This document shows positions 1 to 10,002 of a stretch of DNA of 64,000 nucleotides, piece by piece. Within the stretch, counting starts at the first letter, position 1, and each line of letters begins with the position of its first letter. This DNA is from Alphaproteobacteria bacterium (lineage in GTDB: Bacteria > Pseudomonadota > Alphaproteobacteria > UBA2136 > JAPPOO01): NCBI GenBank assembly GCA_028817875.1, contig JAPPOO010000076.1, positions 12,041 through 76,040 on the forward strand, given 5' to 3'. A program made the position numbers and the translations under genes. The notes under the pieces are model-generated. The model saw only the letters and a program-made list of their open reading frames with translations. It was not told the origin of the DNA and did not search any database.

Positions 1-36
1 TAAGTAGAAAAGAACCATCTTGAAGGAAAGACCATT

Positions 37-927
37 ATGGAAATAGCAGATTTAACCACAGTTCAACGTATAGGAGACGAGTACGGCTGGGAAAAGCCGC
101 AGTTAGAACAAGCCCTCTCTAACGCAATCCGCCTTTGCTACATAGAAAGAGAGCAGATGGTAGAGGCCGATGTAAACTTGGATTTTGGAACAATCAGCGC
201 CCGCCGTAGAACAGGATACGGTGATAGAGGGCATTGGATTGATATTGAGCGTCCGTTACTGCCTACAGTAAAGCAGTTTATTGAAGTCATGGAAATGATG
301 CAGTGGGGGGATGGTGCCCCTGGCCGCATGATGGAAGGGGATGTTGCAGGATATCGCGATGGCGGTATTATCTACCGCGTGCAAGAAAACCTTGTGTTCG
401 TGCCGGAAAACCTTGTATCAGTCATGGATTTTCACGAAAAACCAACACTAGGGAGCAAACAAGTCTTAGCGCTTTGCTCAAGCTTGGACCCTGCCTCTAA
501 GATGAGAACCGCCTCTCGCCGTGGAAAAGAGTTTGTATTGGGCGTAACGGAAGCCTACTACCCTGATTGTGTGACGGGGTTATGGATGGGTGCCTCTAAC
601 AGTTGGGCTGTAATCCGTATGCGGGCGGAGGATATGTCCACATGGTTGGAAAACGGTGGCGTAAACGTCAAACACTTGCAGCAGGTATGTGGGCTACGCA
701 GAATTACATTGCTACCTGAAGGAAAAGGGGAAACCGAGCAAGAGTGTAAGGATAATGAGCTTAAGCACTTTATCAACAACGCTTGGAAGGATTGCCAGAT
801 TGCCGTAATAGAGCCAGACCGTATCGTGATTCATACACCTATGGATAAGCAAGACCCGCGCAAACTACGCACGTTTTTAAGCATGTTGAAGAAAATATCC
901 CCCGAGCGGGAAGCTGTAATTATTTAG
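37..927 (+). CDS. hypothetical protein (296 aa), no recognisable motif
   Basis: Long ORF starting at an ATG and running almost from the window start; no family recognised by eye. Confidence 0.45.
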   Translation: MEIADLTTVQRIGDEYGWEKPQLEQALSNAIRLCYIEREQMVEADVNLDFGTISARRRTGYGDRGHWIDIERPLLPTVKQFIEVMEMMQWGDGAPGRMMEGDVAGYRDGGIIYRVQENLVFVPENLVSVMDFHEKPTLGSKQVLALCSSLDPASKMRTASRRGKEFVLGVTEAYYPDCVTGLWMGASNSWAVIRMRAEDMSTWLENGGVNVKHLQQVCGLRRITLLPEGKGETEQECKDNELKHFINNAWKDCQIAVIEPDRIVIHTPMDKQDPRKLRTFLSMLKKISPEREAVII

Positions 928-1146
928 CCTTACAGGAAAACCCGTACCCAACTCAACCTTCCTATGCTATCGTTACATCGCATCTGTGAGTTGCAGGTGT
1001 GGGGCATACAAACCTCTCATCAGAGGCCACCGCAACGCGGCCTTAAAGAGTGTTGCCAAACCAATCGTACGGTTGGGGAGGCAGCGAATACAATACGGTG
1101 AAAGCTGAAATAAGCTGCGCCGTTCTGATGACGGTTTGTAACTCCC

Positions 1147-1172
1147 CAGCCACTTCACGAAGTGGCTGTTTT
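1147..1172 (+). terminator. rho-independent terminator-like hairpin (10-bp stem cagccacttc/gaagtggctg followed by TTTT)
   Basis: Perfect inverted repeat followed by a T-run, 220 nt downstream of the stop of the 37..927 ORF. Confidence 0.5.
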
Positions 1173-1203
1173 GCTGAAAAATAACAAAACAGGAGTCAAA
1201 AAT

Positions 1204-1344
1204 ATGACCGACAAAAATAAAACACCTTCTCCAGTAACAGAACGTGATTTTCGCAGATTAGTACACATTACAAACTACTATTTGGGTATGAGTAGGCGGA
1301 AAAGAAAGTTATTACTTCAGCTAGTTCGTACATTAGCAACATAA
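1204..1344 (+). CDS. small hypothetical protein (46 aa) with strong RBS
   Basis: AGGAG located 8 nt upstream of an ATG internal to ORF 1162..1344; a terminator follows immediately. Confidence 0.3.
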   Translation: MTDKNKTPSPVTERDFRRLVHITNYYLGMSRRKRKLLLQLVRTLAT

Positions 1345-1348
1345 ACAC

Positions 1349-1372
1349 AAGCCCCCTAAAGGGGGCTTTTAC
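1349..1372. terminator. bidirectional terminator hairpin (agccccctaaagggggct + TTTT)
   Basis: GC stem with a T-tract, lying between convergent ORFs 1204..1344 (+) and 1378..1857 (-). Confidence 0.5.
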
Positions 1373-1377
1373 AAAGA

Positions 1378-1857
1378 CTAACGCCCTTCACGCATGGCTT
1401 TTAACAAACTAATAACACTTTGTTGGCCATCTTGTTGCTCTTTATTCTTTGTAGCAGCCACCACAGTTTTTTGAGGTGCCTTAAAAGAAACAGGTTGAGG
1501 CTGCGCAGCTGCAACCTTTTGACTTAACAAACTCCCTTTAGAGAAAATAGAGGTTGTTTGATTTGTAGGGATATACTCGCTCCGCTTAGGCTGAGCAATA
1601 GCAGTTGTAACAGGGCGTGAACGCGTTACAGAATCTTTCTGAGGTTTACTAGCAACCCCTGGCCAACGGCTAACGCCTTCTAACATGTTTTCTAGTTCAG
1701 ACATGGTATAAGCCGTATGTATTTGAAAGGCACTGGCAGGGTAGGTTGTTGAAATGTATTTGAGAACATCACCGTGAGAATTGGCCGGAGCATTATGAGG
1801 CACAGTAAACTCCTCACCAGTTTTTCTATTCTTCAAAAAAACAACGTAAGTCTGCAT
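1378..1857 (-). CDS. hypothetical protein (159 aa) with a structured N-terminal domain and a Pro/Gln/Ala-rich disordered tail
   Basis: ORF with the expected codon periodicity; no family recognised. Confidence 0.45.
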   Translation of the reverse strand: MQTYVVFLKNRKTGEEFTVPHNAPANSHGDVLKYISTTYPASAFQIHTAYTMSELENMLEGVSRWPGVASKPQKDSVTRSRPVTTAIAQPKRSEYIPTNQTTSIFSKGSLLSQKVAAAQPQPVSFKAPQKTVVAATKNKEQQDGQQSVISLLKAMREGR

Positions 1858-1937
1858 GGTTTTGGTACCTTTCTGTTGCCTATAATACTAGCGGCGCTAG
1901 CTTTAAGAATCAATCCTTTAGATTTTTTTGGAGATAT

Positions 1938-4900
1938 CTATTTTCTACGGCGGTAGCGTAAAGCAAGCATACAAGGGGTAACAATAAGGGTAAGGACTGT
2001 CGCAAAAGCGAGCCCAAACATAATACTATTGGCTAGTTGGTCCCACCACTGCGTTGAAGGTGCGTTGTACTGAATTTCTCGCCCTAACACGTTGATATTC
2101 AATTTAAGCCCCATGGGTGCTAACCCAATAATCGTTGTTACAGCTGTAAGCAATACAGGGCGTAAACGACGACGACCAGTTTCAAGGATAGCTTCTTTCC
2201 ACGGCATATCTTGAATAAGACGCTTAAATGTATCTAACAACACAATGTTGTTATTCACCACAATACCAGCAAGGGATATAACCCCAAGGCCACTCATGAT
2301 AATACCAAAGGGCTTGCCGGTAATCATATGGCCAAGCAAAACCCCTGTAGTAGACAAAATAACCGCTGTAAGAATGATAAAAGCTTGGTAAAAACTATTA
2401 AATTGAGTAACTAAAATAATAGCCATCATAAAAATAGCGACAATAAAGGCTTTCATAAGGAAATCACCTGCCTCTTTCTGGTCTTTGTCTTCCCCTTTAA
2501 ATTCAACACGTACACCGGGTGGAAAAGTTTGCTTAGCTAGTTCCGCCTTAATACCTTGGGCAATAGTATCTGCCAAAAAACCTTGCTTAACGTCAGATTC
2601 AACATAAGCAGCGATATCTTGGTCCAAACGGCGAATAACGGTTACTTTCGGTTGGGCTGTTCGCGTTGTGAAGTGATTAACAGGCACATGACCTTGCGGT
2701 GTCGCAATCAAAAGATTATCCAAAGCTGATAAAGTACGCTGCTCTTCTTTAAAACGCGCCACAATGTCAATTTCATCATTGCTGGAAGCTGGGCGGTATG
2801 TACCAACAACAGCCCCGTTAGTAGCAAGCTTAAGCGTTGTGCCAACTTCAGCAATGCTTGTTCCAGCACGGGTAGCCTCGGCTTTATCAATATCTAAAGA
2901 CCATTCAATACCCGGGTCGGGTAGGTTATCATCAACATTCAGTGTACCTTCCGTGGCCTCTAAGCGCGTGCGGATTTCGTTAACAACAGGAACAAGTACA
3001 TCAAAGTTAGGCGCGCTAATAACAAGTTTGATAGGCTTTTCACCTCCCGGGCCATCTTGCTGCTCTTGCTGTTCAATACGCAAGCCATATAAGCCGCTAA
3101 GGCGGTTAAAAGCGTCATCCAAAATATCTTTAGAGCTGGGTCTGATAGGGCTCCAAGGGGCGTACTCCAGCAACACAGTTCCAATAACATCGCTTGGCCC
3201 ATCTCTTTGGGCAGAGGCATTGCCAGACGTTACGTAAAAAACATCAACGCCTTCCAATTCTGTTAATTCAGCCTCTACTTGCTTCATAATGTCATCCTGC
3301 TCGTAAATAGAAAGGTCACCGCGGGCATGAACTTCAATTTGAGCACGTTCAGGCTCAATATAGGGGAAAAACTCAACACCGTTTCCAACCGCGCCATATG
3401 TAAAGCAAACACCGATAAACATGGCTACAACCGTAAGTACAACTTTTAAAGGACGGTCTAATGCCCAAGAAATTAACTTTTCGTAAGGCCTCACATAAAA
3501 TGGGATTTTTTGAGTACGGCTATCAACAGGCGGGCGCGGCATGGTCGCACCAATAGTGGGTAAAAAGATAAGAGCCATTGCCAAGCTAGCACTCAAAGTA
3601 AAAATGAGTGTCATCGGCATGAATTTCATAAACTCACCAACAATACCGGGCCAAAAAAGGAGAGGGAGGAAAGCAGCCAAAGTGGTAGCTGTACTGGCAA
3701 TAATTGGCCAAGCCATTTCTCGGGCAGCGTTGGTAAATGCGTCTACCCGTCGCTCACCTTGGGTCAACTTTGTATCCGCCAATTCCGTAACAACAATAGC
3801 CCCGTCCACCAATAACCCAACGGAGAGAATCAAGGCAAACAACACAACAACATTTGTTGTAAAACCTAAAGCAAATAGCAACATCAGTGCTGTCAAAAAA
3901 GAGCCCGGCACAGTAGAAGCAACCAGTAGGGCACTACGTGCCCCTAAGGCAGCCAAAACAACAATCATCACCAACAAAACAGAGATTAAAACATTGTTCT
4001 GTAAGTCAGAAAGCTGACTTCTAATTTTTTTAGATTCATCGCTAATAAAGCGGTAGTTAAGAGATTCCGGCCAATTCTTACTGTCTTCAATAACAATATT
4101 TTTTGCAGCATCAACCGTTTCAATAATATTTTGGCCAATGCGCTTGCTGACACGCAAGGTTACAGCAGGCTGTCCGTTTACACGGGTAATAGTGGTGGCA
4201 TCCTTAAAGGTTGGCTTCACAACGCCAATATCTCTCACACGGATGGTACGGTCACCATCAACAAGCAAAGGCAGATTTAAAATATCTTCAGCATTACGAA
4301 AAAGCCCCGGAACTTTAACAGCATATCGGCCTTGGTTGAGTTCCAAACTACCTGCCGCAACAAGGCGGTTATTTTTGGCAATCTGGTCAATCAAAACAGC
4401 AGGGTTTAGGTTGAAGGATTCCAATCGTGCACGGTCAATTTCAACCAACAGCTGTTCTTCTCTAAGGCCTCCCAGTTGAACTTCAAGAACTCCAGGAAGG
4501 GCTTCTATCCTATCCTGTAAATCTTCCGAAATATGCTTAAGCTGGCGCTCAGGAACATCTCCTGATAAAATGACATTCAAAACAGGGAAAAGAGAAATGT
4601 TGATTTCTTTAACAATTGGTTCGTCTGCATCGTCAGGTAATTCAGGTTTAGCGCGGTCCACTTTTTCCCGTACATCATCTAATGCTGCATCATTATCAAA
4701 ACCAGCCTCAAAATGAAGAACAAGGTTAGCCCCACCTTCAAAAGCAGTTCCTTCCATCTCATCCAAACCATCTAGCCCGCGCATTTCTTGCTCTAATGGT
4801 TTAAGAAGCAAATTTACGGCATCTTCTGGCGAAATACCATCATGTGTAACGCTTATGTAAATAATAGGAATTGGCACATCAGGAGAATCTTCCTTCGGGA

Positions 4901-4988
4901 TGGCAATATAACTATAAACACCTGCTATAATAAGCAGCATAAAAATCATAAAAACAGTGCGAAAGTGGGTAACAGCAGTGCGAATCAT
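1938..4988 (-). CDS. RND multidrug efflux transporter, AcrB/HAE1 family (1016 aa)
   Basis: About 1000 aa with 12 TM segments and two large periplasmic loops; typical AcrB N-terminus (MIRTAVTHFRTVFMIFMLLIIAG...) and conserved TM motifs; last gene of a three-gene operon. Confidence 0.88.
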   Translation of the reverse strand: MIRTAVTHFRTVFMIFMLLIIAGVYSYIAIPKEDSPDVPIPIIYISVTHDGISPEDAVNLLLKPLEQEMRGLDGLDEMEGTAFEGGANLVLHFEAGFDNDAALDDVREKVDRAKPELPDDADEPIVKEINISLFPVLNVILSGDVPERQLKHISEDLQDRIEALPGVLEVQLGGLREEQLLVEIDRARLESFNLNPAVLIDQIAKNNRLVAAGSLELNQGRYAVKVPGLFRNAEDILNLPLLVDGDRTIRVRDIGVVKPTFKDATTITRVNGQPAVTLRVSKRIGQNIIETVDAAKNIVIEDSKNWPESLNYRFISDESKKIRSQLSDLQNNVLISVLLVMIVVLAALGARSALLVASTVPGSFLTALMLLFALGFTTNVVVLFALILSVGLLVDGAIVVTELADTKLTQGERRVDAFTNAAREMAWPIIASTATTLAAFLPLLFWPGIVGEFMKFMPMTLIFTLSASLAMALIFLPTIGATMPRPPVDSRTQKIPFYVRPYEKLISWALDRPLKVVLTVVAMFIGVCFTYGAVGNGVEFFPYIEPERAQIEVHARGDLSIYEQDDIMKQVEAELTELEGVDVFYVTSGNASAQRDGPSDVIGTVLLEYAPWSPIRPSSKDILDDAFNRLSGLYGLRIEQQEQQDGPGGEKPIKLVISAPNFDVLVPVVNEIRTRLEATEGTLNVDDNLPDPGIEWSLDIDKAEATRAGTSIAEVGTTLKLATNGAVVGTYRPASSNDEIDIVARFKEEQRTLSALDNLLIATPQGHVPVNHFTTRTAQPKVTVIRRLDQDIAAYVESDVKQGFLADTIAQGIKAELAKQTFPPGVRVEFKGEDKDQKEAGDFLMKAFIVAIFMMAIILVTQFNSFYQAFIILTAVILSTTGVLLGHMITGKPFGIIMSGLGVISLAGIVVNNNIVLLDTFKRLIQDMPWKEAILETGRRRLRPVLLTAVTTIIGLAPMGLKLNINVLGREIQYNAPSTQWWDQLANSIMFGLAFATVLTLIVTPCMLALRYRRRK

Positions 4989-6037
4989 CAGCTTGAGTAA
5001 GTCTTACTTTTTTTCCAAAGTTGAACACAAAGAGGCAAAAGCTCTGCAACAACTGCTGCAACAGGAACCGCAACAAGCATACCAACAATTCCAGCAAGCT
5101 GCCCACCCGCCAACAAAGCAAAAATAATCCAAACAGGGGGCAGGCCGACACGGTCTCCCACCAATTTGGGAGTCAGCACAAAGCTTTCTAAAATATTGCC
5201 AACAGCAAAAACGGCTAAAATACCAGCGTACGGCATCCAACTATCTACTTGGAACTGAATAGCAGCAACAAGGAGTGTTAAAACAAGGCCAAATAACCCA
5301 CCAACAACCGGTATAAAGGAGAATAGCCCCGTGAGCATACCCAGTAAAAAGCCCATTTTAACACCAACAAGCCATAGGCCAATACCGTAAAACAGCCCTT
5401 GAGCAATACAAACGAGCAATTGCCCGCGAACAAACCCCGCAATTTTAGTATCAATGCGGCTAAATACAGCCAAAGTATCTTTTTTATATTTAGGAGGGAC
5501 AAGGCTTTGCGTAAAATTCACAATTTGCGGCCATTCCCGCAATAAATAAAAAGCAACAAGCGGGGTAATAATAAGAAGAGAAAGCGTGTCTCCCACTGCT
5601 GAGGCACGCGCGCCTAACTGACCAAGAAAGGTAAGGGTTCCTTGTAGTATTTCCTGCCCAAATTGACCAAGCCAACCTGCGAGTAGAGATAAACTGAGAG
5701 TAATACCAAACAGCGCCTCTAACTCAGGAACAAATTGAGCCAAAAGCTCTTGGTAGTTAGGGGTAGTTTCTAAAAAGCTCAAAGCTTCTTTCACAAGTAG
5801 AGGAATACCCACGCCAACAGCAAATAAGCAAGCAACGTAAAATAAAGCAACAGGCACAAGGCTAGAAAAAGTGCGGTTAATACCGTATTGCCCTGCTTTT
5901 TCAACAATTGGGTCTAATAAATAAGCTAAGACCATACCAACAATAAAAGAGGTTAAAACAGCCTGTACTTGCCATAAAAAAAGCAAAATAAGGAATAAAA
6001 CAGCGCCAATTAAAAGAAAAACTTTATCTTTAACCAT
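4988..6037 (-). CDS. AI-2E family transporter (PerM/YhhT-like permease, 349 aa)
   Basis: Multi-TM protein with AI-2E-like glycine-rich C-terminal TMs; start and stop abut the flanking RND genes. Confidence 0.7.
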   Translation of the reverse strand: MVKDKVFLLIGAVLFLILLFLWQVQAVLTSFIVGMVLAYLLDPIVEKAGQYGINRTFSSLVPVALFYVACLFAVGVGIPLLVKEALSFLETTPNYQELLAQFVPELEALFGITLSLSLLAGWLGQFGQEILQGTLTFLGQLGARASAVGDTLSLLIITPLVAFYLLREWPQIVNFTQSLVPPKYKKDTLAVFSRIDTKIAGFVRGQLLVCIAQGLFYGIGLWLVGVKMGFLLGMLTGLFSFIPVVGGLFGLVLTLLVAAIQFQVDSWMPYAGILAVFAVGNILESFVLTPKLVGDRVGLPPVWIIFALLAGGQLAGIVGMLVAVPVAAVVAELLPLCVQLWKKSKTYSS

Positions 6038-7132
6038 TTATTCAGCCTCTTTTTGTTCAGCAACAACAATTTCAGCGCCATCAGCCACGGCGGCCTGCCC
6101 ACGTGTAATAATTTGGAAGGAGCCTTCAGGTAAGCCAGCTATCCACAAACCTTTCGGCGTGTCCTCCAAGGGAGTAATAGCTGTAAATTTTGCAAAGGCT
6201 TTATCTTCTTTATCCTCAAGGCCCATAACGCCTACTGTGCCATCATCCGCCAAAACAAGTAGAGAATGCGGTAGCAAGTAAGCTTGCATTTTCTCAACAG
6301 GGAGTTGGATATCAGCGGTCATGCCCGTAGGAATCTGAAATTTTTTACCATCCACTAAAACATCTACACGGTATGTTTTGGTTTCAGGTTTTGCGTTAGT
6401 TGCAATAAAACGAACAGTTCCTTCTACTTTTTGACCATTAGCCAAGGTTGCAGTAGCAAATTGGCCAGATTGAATACTTTGCTGATCTTGCTGGGCAACG
6501 TAGCCAACAAGTAGAAAGGCATCCCGCCCCACAAGGTTAAAGAGGGGGGTACCAACATCTACGTAGTCACCAATATCAATAAACCGGTCTTCAATAACAC
6601 CGTTGATAGGAGCTGTAACTTTTGTGTAAGTAATATCTTTTTGAATACTAGCCAAATTCTGTTGAGCTGTAGCCAGTTCAGCTTCTTGTTCCGCTAGTTT
6701 TGTTTCAGCAGCAAAACCTTCTTTAAGTAATCGCCGAGTTGTTTCAACAAGGACTTGAGCTGCTTTAACTTGGGCTTGAGCAGCAGTTAAATCTGCCTGG
6801 CGTGTAGCAATATCAATTTGTAAAAGAGAATCACCTTTACGAACAGCCGTGCCGCGGTCAACGGCAAGCTTTTTAACGGTACCATTTGTCTGGGCAGCAA
6901 GGTTCACCATAGTTAGTGGTTCGCTACGTCCAACCAATTGAATAACACGAGTATACGTTTGTGGTTGTAAAGTTTGTGTAACAACAGTAGGGATGATACG
7001 GGTAGGAGCATCAGTTTTGCTGTCAGATGCAGTATCGCCTCCTGTCGTGCCTGAAAGCATCCAAACAGTAGCAATAGCCACAACAATAAGAGCCCAGCGG
7101 GCATTAACAGGAATAGACGAAAAAATAGCCAT
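6038..7132 (-). CDS. RND efflux membrane fusion protein (HlyD/AcrA family, 364 aa)
   Basis: N-terminal TM anchor, coiled-coil hairpin (…LTAAQAQVKAAQ…AEQEAELATAQQNL…), lipoyl and beta-barrel motifs; immediately upstream of the transporter genes. Confidence 0.8.
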   Translation of the reverse strand: MAIFSSIPVNARWALIVVAIATVWMLSGTTGGDTASDSKTDAPTRIIPTVVTQTLQPQTYTRVIQLVGRSEPLTMVNLAAQTNGTVKKLAVDRGTAVRKGDSLLQIDIATRQADLTAAQAQVKAAQVLVETTRRLLKEGFAAETKLAEQEAELATAQQNLASIQKDITYTKVTAPINGVIEDRFIDIGDYVDVGTPLFNLVGRDAFLLVGYVAQQDQQSIQSGQFATATLANGQKVEGTVRFIATNAKPETKTYRVDVLVDGKKFQIPTGMTADIQLPVEKMQAYLLPHSLLVLADDGTVGVMGLEDKEDKAFAKFTAITPLEDTPKGLWIAGLPEGSFQIITRGQAAVADGAEIVVAEQKEAE

Positions 7133-7210
7133 AAAAACTTATACCAACCACTCTGTTTACATTACCACCATGTTTAACCTAAATTAGCCTAATAAGAAAG
7201 AAAAGTTACT

Positions 7211-7912
7211 TTGCATACCACATTAAAACCCTCTTTTTGGCTGGCGGTTGTATTAATTTTATCCGCAGAAGGAGCCTTACTAAGCCTCGCCCATTGGCAG
7301 CATGGCCGTATGAAAGAAAAAGAAGAGCTACTAACATCATTACAACAAGGTTCAAAAACTGCTCTAGCTACTGAAATTTCAGAGGATACGATTTTCCAAA
7401 AAACCGAAGTAACAGGCAAGTTTGACTATACTCGCAGTGTGTTCCTAGCAAACCAAATGCAAGATGAAGCCCCCGTCTGGCGCGTGCTAACACCTATGGT
7501 GATGAGTGATAATCAAGAGATAGTTGTAGATAGAGGTTGGCTAACCTCGCCACAAAATCGCCTAAATCCAGACATATCAGCGTATAGAGAAGGCAGTAGC
7601 GAAAAAGAAACCACAATCAAAGGTGTCATTCGCAAGTTTCCTGAAAACAAAGGTCTTTTTAAGGGAGCAGACACAAACGTAGAACCTTATGTTCTGCTGC
7701 GTATGAGTGAAGAAGCTATACCAACCAGCACCGTTAACCGTAATAAAAACGTGTACATCCAAGCTACAACTGCTACCCACCCAAACTTAAAAGCTGAAAT
7801 CAGTCTCCCACTGCCACCATCACGCCATAAAATGTACCGCAATACATGGCTGGCTATGGCATTGCTGTTACCTTTGCTGAGCGTTGGTTTATTAAGAAGA
7901 AAATCAGCGTAA
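7211..7912 (+). CDS. SURF1 family (cytochrome oxidase assembly) protein, 233 aa
   Basis: N-terminal TM, central conserved region (…VVDRGWL…) and C-terminal TM (WLAMALLLPLL), the typical SURF1 topology. Confidence 0.65.
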   Translation: MHTTLKPSFWLAVVLILSAEGALLSLAHWQHGRMKEKEELLTSLQQGSKTALATEISEDTIFQKTEVTGKFDYTRSVFLANQMQDEAPVWRVLTPMVMSDNQEIVVDRGWLTSPQNRLNPDISAYREGSSEKETTIKGVIRKFPENKGLFKGADTNVEPYVLLRMSEEAIPTSTVNRNKNVYIQATTATHPNLKAEISLPLPPSRHKMYRNTWLAMALLLPLLSVGLLRRKSA

Positions 7913-9430
7913 CTTCAGCACTTTTTTGTCAACTAACCCTGTAAGCAGCCCACCTACAGCAAAGGAAGCAACACCTAAAGTAACGGCACCGCAAAGCCAA
8001 AGGAATCTCAGTAAAAAGCCACCTTCGTAAGGAATAACCACCTGATAGCCAACCAATAATGCCGCAATAACAAGGCTGATTGGCAAAGCTTTTGTCAGCA
8101 AAGGCTTCACTTGGCTGAAAGAAAAATTGAAAACCCCACGCTTTTGCAACAGAAAAGCCTGCATAGCTGCGTTGGAGTAGCCGGAAATAGCTGTGGCCAA
8201 AGCAATGCCCACATGTCCAAAAAACTGCATAAGCGTTAAATTCGCAATAATATTGATAACGAGGGAAAAAGCAGATGTTTTCAAAGGCGTTTTTGTGTCC
8301 CCCGCTGCAAAAAAAGCAGTACTCGTAATTTTAGTCAAAATATACCCTGGCAAACCAACAGTGTAAGCCATCATCGCCCATGCTGTCGCACGGCTGGCAT
8401 CCTCATCAAAAGCACCATGCTTAAGCAGTGTAGCCAACATCGGTTCCGCTAAAACAACAAGGCCAACAGTTGCCGCCAAAGCAAGGCTCATACCTCCTGT
8501 AAGAGAACGGGTAAAAGCTTTATTGGCTTGTACCGTATCCCCACGGCCAAGGGCTTTAGCAAAATGAGGCAGCAAAACAGTTGCCAAAGCCGTACCGATA
8601 AGAGCCAAAGGTAATTGGTAAAAACGGTTAGCATATTGAAGGTAGGAGACAGCTTCATCGTAAAGCTGAGAAGCTAAAATCGTATCAATCAAAAAACTAA
8701 TTTGTAAAACACCAACACCCAAAGCAGCAGGCGCAAACCGTGCTAGTAAAGTTTTCAAATTAGGGTGTACGGGTGGCCATGCTAGCTTTAACTTAATAGG
8801 GATATTGCGGAATGCAAAAGCCATAAACAGTAACTGAAAAATACCGCCAATAGGAACACCCAAAGCAGCAGCGATAACAGGGTCATACCCCCAACGAGGC
8901 AAGCCAAATAAGCAGGCAATAAGGGCAATATTCAAGAAAGAAGGCACAAAAGCATAGGCAGCAAAACGCCCCCAACTGTTACACAAAGCCCCCATGAGGC
9001 TTGTTAAAGTAATAAGTGCTAGGTACGGAAAAGTAATCCGCCCGAGCATCACAGTCATATCAAACTTTTCAGGATTATTTAAAAACCCGGGTGCCATACC
9101 GGCAATTAAAGCGGGCATGGCAAGCTCTGCAACAATTGTCACCAAAGTTAAAACAATAAGGAGCCAAGTAAAAACAGCATTAGTAAAAACTTGAGCAGCT
9201 TCGGGGTCGTTTTCTTTCGTTTGACTAAATACGGGGACAAAAGCAACGTTAAAAGCGCCTTCAGCAAACAGCCTGCGTAGCAAATTTGGTAGGGTTAAAG
9301 CAATAAAGAAAGCATCGGAATACGCACTGGCACCAAGCTTATTGGCAATAGCAACATCGCGCAAAAAACCAAGAACACGGCTCACCATTGTCCATGCACT
9401 CACAATAACGGAAGACTTCAAAATAGACAT
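7904..9430 (-). CDS. murJ: lipid II flippase MurJ (MviN), 508 aa
   Basis: 14-TM MOP-family protein with MurJ N-terminus (…SRVLGFLRDVAIANKLGAS…DAFFIAL…). Confidence 0.85.
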   Translation of the reverse strand: MSILKSSVIVSAWTMVSRVLGFLRDVAIANKLGASAYSDAFFIALTLPNLLRRLFAEGAFNVAFVPVFSQTKENDPEAAQVFTNAVFTWLLIVLTLVTIVAELAMPALIAGMAPGFLNNPEKFDMTVMLGRITFPYLALITLTSLMGALCNSWGRFAAYAFVPSFLNIALIACLFGLPRWGYDPVIAAALGVPIGGIFQLLFMAFAFRNIPIKLKLAWPPVHPNLKTLLARFAPAALGVGVLQISFLIDTILASQLYDEAVSYLQYANRFYQLPLALIGTALATVLLPHFAKALGRGDTVQANKAFTRSLTGGMSLALAATVGLVVLAEPMLATLLKHGAFDEDASRATAWAMMAYTVGLPGYILTKITSTAFFAAGDTKTPLKTSAFSLVINIIANLTLMQFFGHVGIALATAISGYSNAAMQAFLLQKRGVFNFSFSQVKPLLTKALPISLVIAALLVGYQVVIPYEGGFLLRFLWLCGAVTLGVASFAVGGLLTGLVDKKVLKLR

Positions 9431-9480
9431 GCCCGCATCTTTCCCGAACTTGACCTAACTTGCAAACAAGAAGTGCGCTG

Positions 9481-9993
9481 TTATAAGGAAAATTTCTTAA
9501 TATCAGAGAATTTTTTCAAATGGATTAAAGGTGTATCGGGGCTATCAGCCAAAAATTTTTGGTATTTAAGTTTGTTGCGTGGGTACTGCCGCACAGTATA
9601 AAGAATAAGTTTCCAACTAAATTCACCTTTAGCACCTTCTAACCGTCCAGCACGGTCTGGCGCTGCATTAAAAGAACGACGCGCATAACGCCATAAACAA
9701 CCAAGTAAAGATGGGTCGCACCAAATAACAACATCAGCCGCTGCAATGCGCTGAGGCATACAAACACTATAATTACCCTCTACAACCCAAGTAGGCTGTT
9801 CAATAAAAGTGTCGTGTTTTGCAACAAAGTCTTCAATAGGAGTTCTTTCCCAATGAGTATTGGGTTTATGGGCAATTTGGTCTAAATGCAAAACAGGCGC
9901 CTTCAACTGTTCCCCCAATTTAAGTGCTAAAGTTGACTTACCACTGCTGGAGGGGCCAATAATCATAACGCGTTGGTAAGAAGAATCACTCAT
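9481..9993 (-). CDS. P-loop kinase, topology-modulation/adenylate-kinase-like (170 aa)
   Basis: Walker A GPSSSGKST at the N-terminus; short single-domain protein. Confidence 0.5.
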   Translation of the reverse strand: MSDSSYQRVMIIGPSSSGKSTLALKLGEQLKAPVLHLDQIAHKPNTHWERTPIEDFVAKHDTFIEQPTWVVEGNYSVCMPQRIAAADVVIWCDPSLLGCLWRYARRSFNAAPDRAGRLEGAKGEFSWKLILYTVRQYPRNKLKYQKFLADSPDTPLIHLKKFSDIKKFSL

Positions 9994-10002
9994 GTGGGCA
10001 CC

